Below, one piece after another: positions 16,213 through 18,724 of a DNA stretch of 18,724 bases. The position numbers and the translations under genes are program-made. Location of the stretch: positions 1 to 18,724 of the IMG/VR virus record IMGVR_UViG_2734482772_000011, one strand, 5' to 3'. The first letter of the stretch is position 1. Each line of letters begins with the position of its first letter. This stretch comes from a virus (lineage: Duplodnaviria; Heunggongvirae; Uroviricota; Caudoviricetes). Under the pieces are notes generated by a model, which was given only the letters and a program-made list of their open reading frames with translations, had not been told where the DNA came from and made no database searches.

Positions 16213-16734
16213 ATGAGCACTATCACTAAAGAACGTATCGAATTGTTCATTAAAAATCCGCTTGAAAACGGACTTACCCGTGGCGAACAAATGGAACTGG
16301 CACGGATTGCACTGGCATCGCTGGAAGCCGAACCTGTAAGCCAAACTTACAAGTTTCCAGTTAATACACCTTGCCAGGATGCGCCAGCCCATATCTGGCT
16401 GCAAACGGCTGGAGTATGGCCAGAAGATGGCGAGTTAAGCGAATTAACGTGGTGCAGCCACAATCAGCACCATGATGACACGCTATTTGTTCGAGCTGAC
16501 CTTGTGAATGGCAACTCTCCGGTAACTCCGGATGGTTGGATAAGCTGTAGTGAGCGAATGCCGGAGAAATACGATTTCGATATCTGGGTATTCTCTCCAT
16601 CCAGAGGCGTTCTTGACGGGCTACAGTGGGATGGCTCGATGTTTACTGATGATGAATATCAGTTCGTTATTCATGACGCCACGCATTGGATGAGAAAAGC
16701 ATATCCAGCAGCACCGCAGCAGGATGGTGAATGA
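16213..16734 (+). CDS. DUF551-like protein
   Basis: In frame with track ORF 16051..16734; start taken at ATG 16213 (SD AAGGAG 6 nt upstream); C-terminal GWISCSERMPEKYDFDIWVF resembles DUF551 by recall. Confidence 0.6.
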   Translation: MSTITKERIELFIKNPLENGLTRGEQMELARIALASLEAEPVSQTYKFPVNTPCQDAPAHIWLQTAGVWPEDGELSELTWCSHNQHHDDTLFVRADLVNGNSPVTPDGWISCSERMPEKYDFDIWVFSPSRGVLDGLQWDGSMFTDDEYQFVIHDATHWMRKAYPAAPQQDGE

Positions 16735-16884
16735 TGCCGCCAGTTAAAGTTGTGATTATCACTTTGGTGATGATAGTGATTGCGAGAATCATGTCTGGTG
16801 AAGTTTGGTGGATATGGTAATGGCTAAGGCAGCAGCAGAGCGCAACTAACAATCCTCGCACTCGCGGGGATTTCTTTTATCTGA

Positions 16885-16910
16885 ACTCGCTACGGCGAGT
16901 TTTATTTTAT
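16885..16910 (+). terminator. intrinsic terminator
   Basis: ACTCGC-TACG-GCGAGT hairpin followed by TTTTATTTTA. Confidence 0.5.
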
Positions 16911-16921
16911 GGAGATGACAA

Positions 16922-17089
16922 ATGCACTTCCGAGTCACAGGTGAATGGAATGGAGAACCATTCAACAGAGTTATCGAAGCCGAGAACATCAGCGACTGCT
17001 ATGACCACTGGATGCTGTGGGCGCAGATAGCACATGCAGACGTAACCAACATTCGAATTGAAGAACTGAAAGAACACCAAGCCGCCTGA
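16922..17089 (+). CDS. small hypothetical protein (55 aa)
   Basis: Hand-translated: MHFRVTGEWNGEPFNRVIEAENISDCYDHWMLWAQIAHADVTNIRIEELKEHQAA; SD GGAG 7 nt upstream; flanked by two terminators. Confidence 0.45.
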   Translation: MHFRVTGEWNGEPFNRVIEAENISDCYDHWMLWAQIAHADVTNIRIEELKEHQAA

Positions 17090-17102
17090 TGGCGGTTTTT
17101 TG
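17080..17102 (+). terminator. intrinsic terminator
   Basis: CCGCC-TGAT-GGCGG hairpin followed by TTTTTTGG. Confidence 0.6.
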
Positions 17103-17112
17103 GGGGTAGTAG

Positions 17113-17328
17113 ATGGCTGCAATTCACATTATATCAATAACATGCAATGTAATTCAGATAGTTGCTTGCATTATCTTTGTTTTCTCAATCATTCGCTCCC
17201 GACGATATTCTCCAGCAATTAACCGACATCCTGCACAGGTTGAAGCAGTCAGGATGGCTATAGAGTTACGAAATGAGATGAATAAGGCATTAATGGAGAT
17301 GGAGAAACCATTCACTGACAAACATTAA
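17113..17328 (+). CDS. hypothetical small protein with hydrophobic N-terminus
   Basis: Track ORF 71 aa; hydrophobic IHIISITCNVIQIVACIIFVFSII segment then charged tail. Confidence 0.4.
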   Translation: MAAIHIISITCNVIQIVACIIFVFSIIRSRRYSPAINRHPAQVEAVRMAIELRNEMNKALMEMEKPFTDKH

Positions 17329-17454
17329 GAGTGGAAATAAAGAAATCACACCGCCTCACACTCGGTGAGGCCTGTTCATTGCTCAATGATATCCAGACCT
17401 ACCATCGCCGCATCAATGCGGCTTTTTCTTGCGTGTAATTGCGGAGACTTTGCG

Positions 17455-17673
17455 ATGTACTTGACACTTCAGGAGTGGAACGCTCGCCAGCGACGCCCAA
17501 GAAGCCTTGAAACAGTTCGTCGATGGGTGCGCGAATGCAGGATATTCCCTCCTCCGGTTAAGGATGGAAGAGAGTATCTGTTCCACGAATCAGCGGTAAA
17601 GGTTGACTTAAATCGACCAGTAACAGGTAGCCTTTTGAAGAGGATCAGAAATGGGAAGAAGGCGAAGTCATGA
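17455..17673 (+). CDS. xis: excisionase Xis
   Basis: Within track ORF 17365..17673; from ATG 17455 reads MYLTLQEWNARQRRPRSLETVRRWVRECRIFPPPVKDGREYLF..., matching lambda Xis by recall; 3' end overlaps int start. Confidence 0.9.
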   Translation: MYLTLQEWNARQRRPRSLETVRRWVRECRIFPPPVKDGREYLFHESAVKVDLNRPVTGSLLKRIRNGKKAKS

Positions 17674-18724
17674 GCGCCGGGATTTACCCCCTAACCTTTA
17701 TATAAGAAACAATGGATATTACTGCTACAGGGACCCAAGGACGGGTAAAGAGTTTGGATTAGGCCGAGACAGGAGGATAGCAATCACTGAAGCAATACAG
17801 GCCAATATTGAGTTACTCTCAGACAGCGGACGCAAATCACTAATAGACAGAATTAAAGGCGGTGACGCAATCACTCTTCATGTGTGGCTTGACCGATATG
17901 AAACAATCCTCACCGAAAGGGGGATCAGGCCGAAAACTCTACTCGACTACGCCAGCAAAATCAGGGCAATCCGAAGAAAATTGCCGGACAAACCGCTCAC
18001 TGACATATCAACGAAAGAAGTGGCAGCAATGCTAAACACCTACGTAGCAGAAGGTAAAGCAGCTTCCGCAAAATTAATCAGGTCAACCCTTGTTGACGTT
18101 TTTCGTGAAGCAATAGCCGAGGGGCATGTGGCAACGAATCCGGTAACGGCAACCCGTACAGCAAAGTCAGAAGTAAGGCGCTCAAGGCTGACAGCTAATG
18201 AGTATGTCGAGATTTACCATGCAGCCGAACCTCTCCCTATCTGGCTAAGACTGGCGATGGATTTGGCCGTCGTTACAGGGCAGAGAGTCGGCGATTTGTG
18301 CAGAATGAAATGGTCAGACATAAACGACAACCATCTTCACATTGAACAGAGTAAAACAGGGGCTAAACTCGCCATTCCGCTAACGCTAACGATTGACGCG
18401 CTCAATATCTCATTGGCTGATACACTACAGAAATGCAGGGAGGCCAGCAGCAGTGAAACTATAATCGCATCAAAGCATCACGATCCGCTTTCCCCGAAAA
18501 CAGTATCAAAGTATTTTACAAAGGCGAGAAATGCATCTGGACTCTCATTTGATGGAAACCCGCCAACATTCCATGAACTGCGTAGCCTGTCAGCGAGGCT
18601 ATACCGGAACCAGATTGGCGATAAGTTTGCTCAACGTCTTCTCGGGCATAAATCAGATTCAATGGCGGCGCGGTATAGGGACAGCCGTGGACGGGAATGG
18701 GACAAAATTGAAATCGACAAATGA
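17651..18724 (+). CDS. int: tyrosine integrase (lambda Int type)
   Basis: Track ORF 357 aa, MGRRRSHERRDLPPNLYIRNNGYYCYRDPRTGKEFGLGRDRRIAITEAIQANIEL... matches lambda Int by recall; gene ends at the window edge. Confidence 0.95.
   Translation: MGRRRSHERRDLPPNLYIRNNGYYCYRDPRTGKEFGLGRDRRIAITEAIQANIELLSDSGRKSLIDRIKGGDAITLHVWLDRYETILTERGIRPKTLLDYASKIRAIRRKLPDKPLTDISTKEVAAMLNTYVAEGKAASAKLIRSTLVDVFREAIAEGHVATNPVTATRTAKSEVRRSRLTANEYVEIYHAAEPLPIWLRLAMDLAVVTGQRVGDLCRMKWSDINDNHLHIEQSKTGAKLAIPLTLTIDALNISLADTLQKCREASSSETIIASKHHDPLSPKTVSKYFTKARNASGLSFDGNPPTFHELRSLSARLYRNQIGDKFAQRLLGHKSDSMAARYRDSRGREWDKIEIDK

Larger units (their letters stand above)
1..18724. mobile_element. lambdoid prophage segment (integrase end through lysis cassette; continues beyond the left edge)
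   Basis: Colinear lambda-like order int-xis...N-cI-cro-cII-O-helicase-nin-Q-S-R-Rz read right to left; several proteins match lambda S, R, Rz, NinB, NinG, NinE, Xis, Int by recall. Confidence 0.9.

Overview
This window is a contiguous segment of a lambdoid (lambda/P22-mosaic) prophage, lying in the opposite orientation to the conventional lambda map. Reading right to left: int and xis (+ strand, attachment site beyond the right edge), accessory and recombination genes (DUF551-like, Ead/Ea22-like, Gp157-like, RecT-like, kil-like, cIII-like), two intrinsic terminators, a small membrane protein, an N-like antiterminator that appears split by a 1-bp frameshift, nutL and a pL-like promoter, then cI (+). 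On the - strand follow cro, nutR, cII, an O-like initiator with internal ori iterons, a DnaB-like helicase, a tR2-like terminator, the nin region (ninB, ninD, ninE, a ninF remnant, an inserted HNH-AP2 homing endonuclease, ninG, ninI phosphatase), Q, two tRNAs (Thr-UGU, Asn-GUU), S, R, Rz/Rz1, a terminator, a Rha-like regulator and an HNH endonuclease of the kind that precedes cos/terminase. All calls come from reading the sequence and ORF track and from recalled protein families; no database search or computation was run. The best candidates for an undescribed function are two AT-rich accessory loci: the two-gene insert downstream of cI in the rexAB position (10473-11023) and the membrane protein between N and the first leftward terminator in the sieB position (11796-12245). 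Their function is unknown and is inferred from position only.
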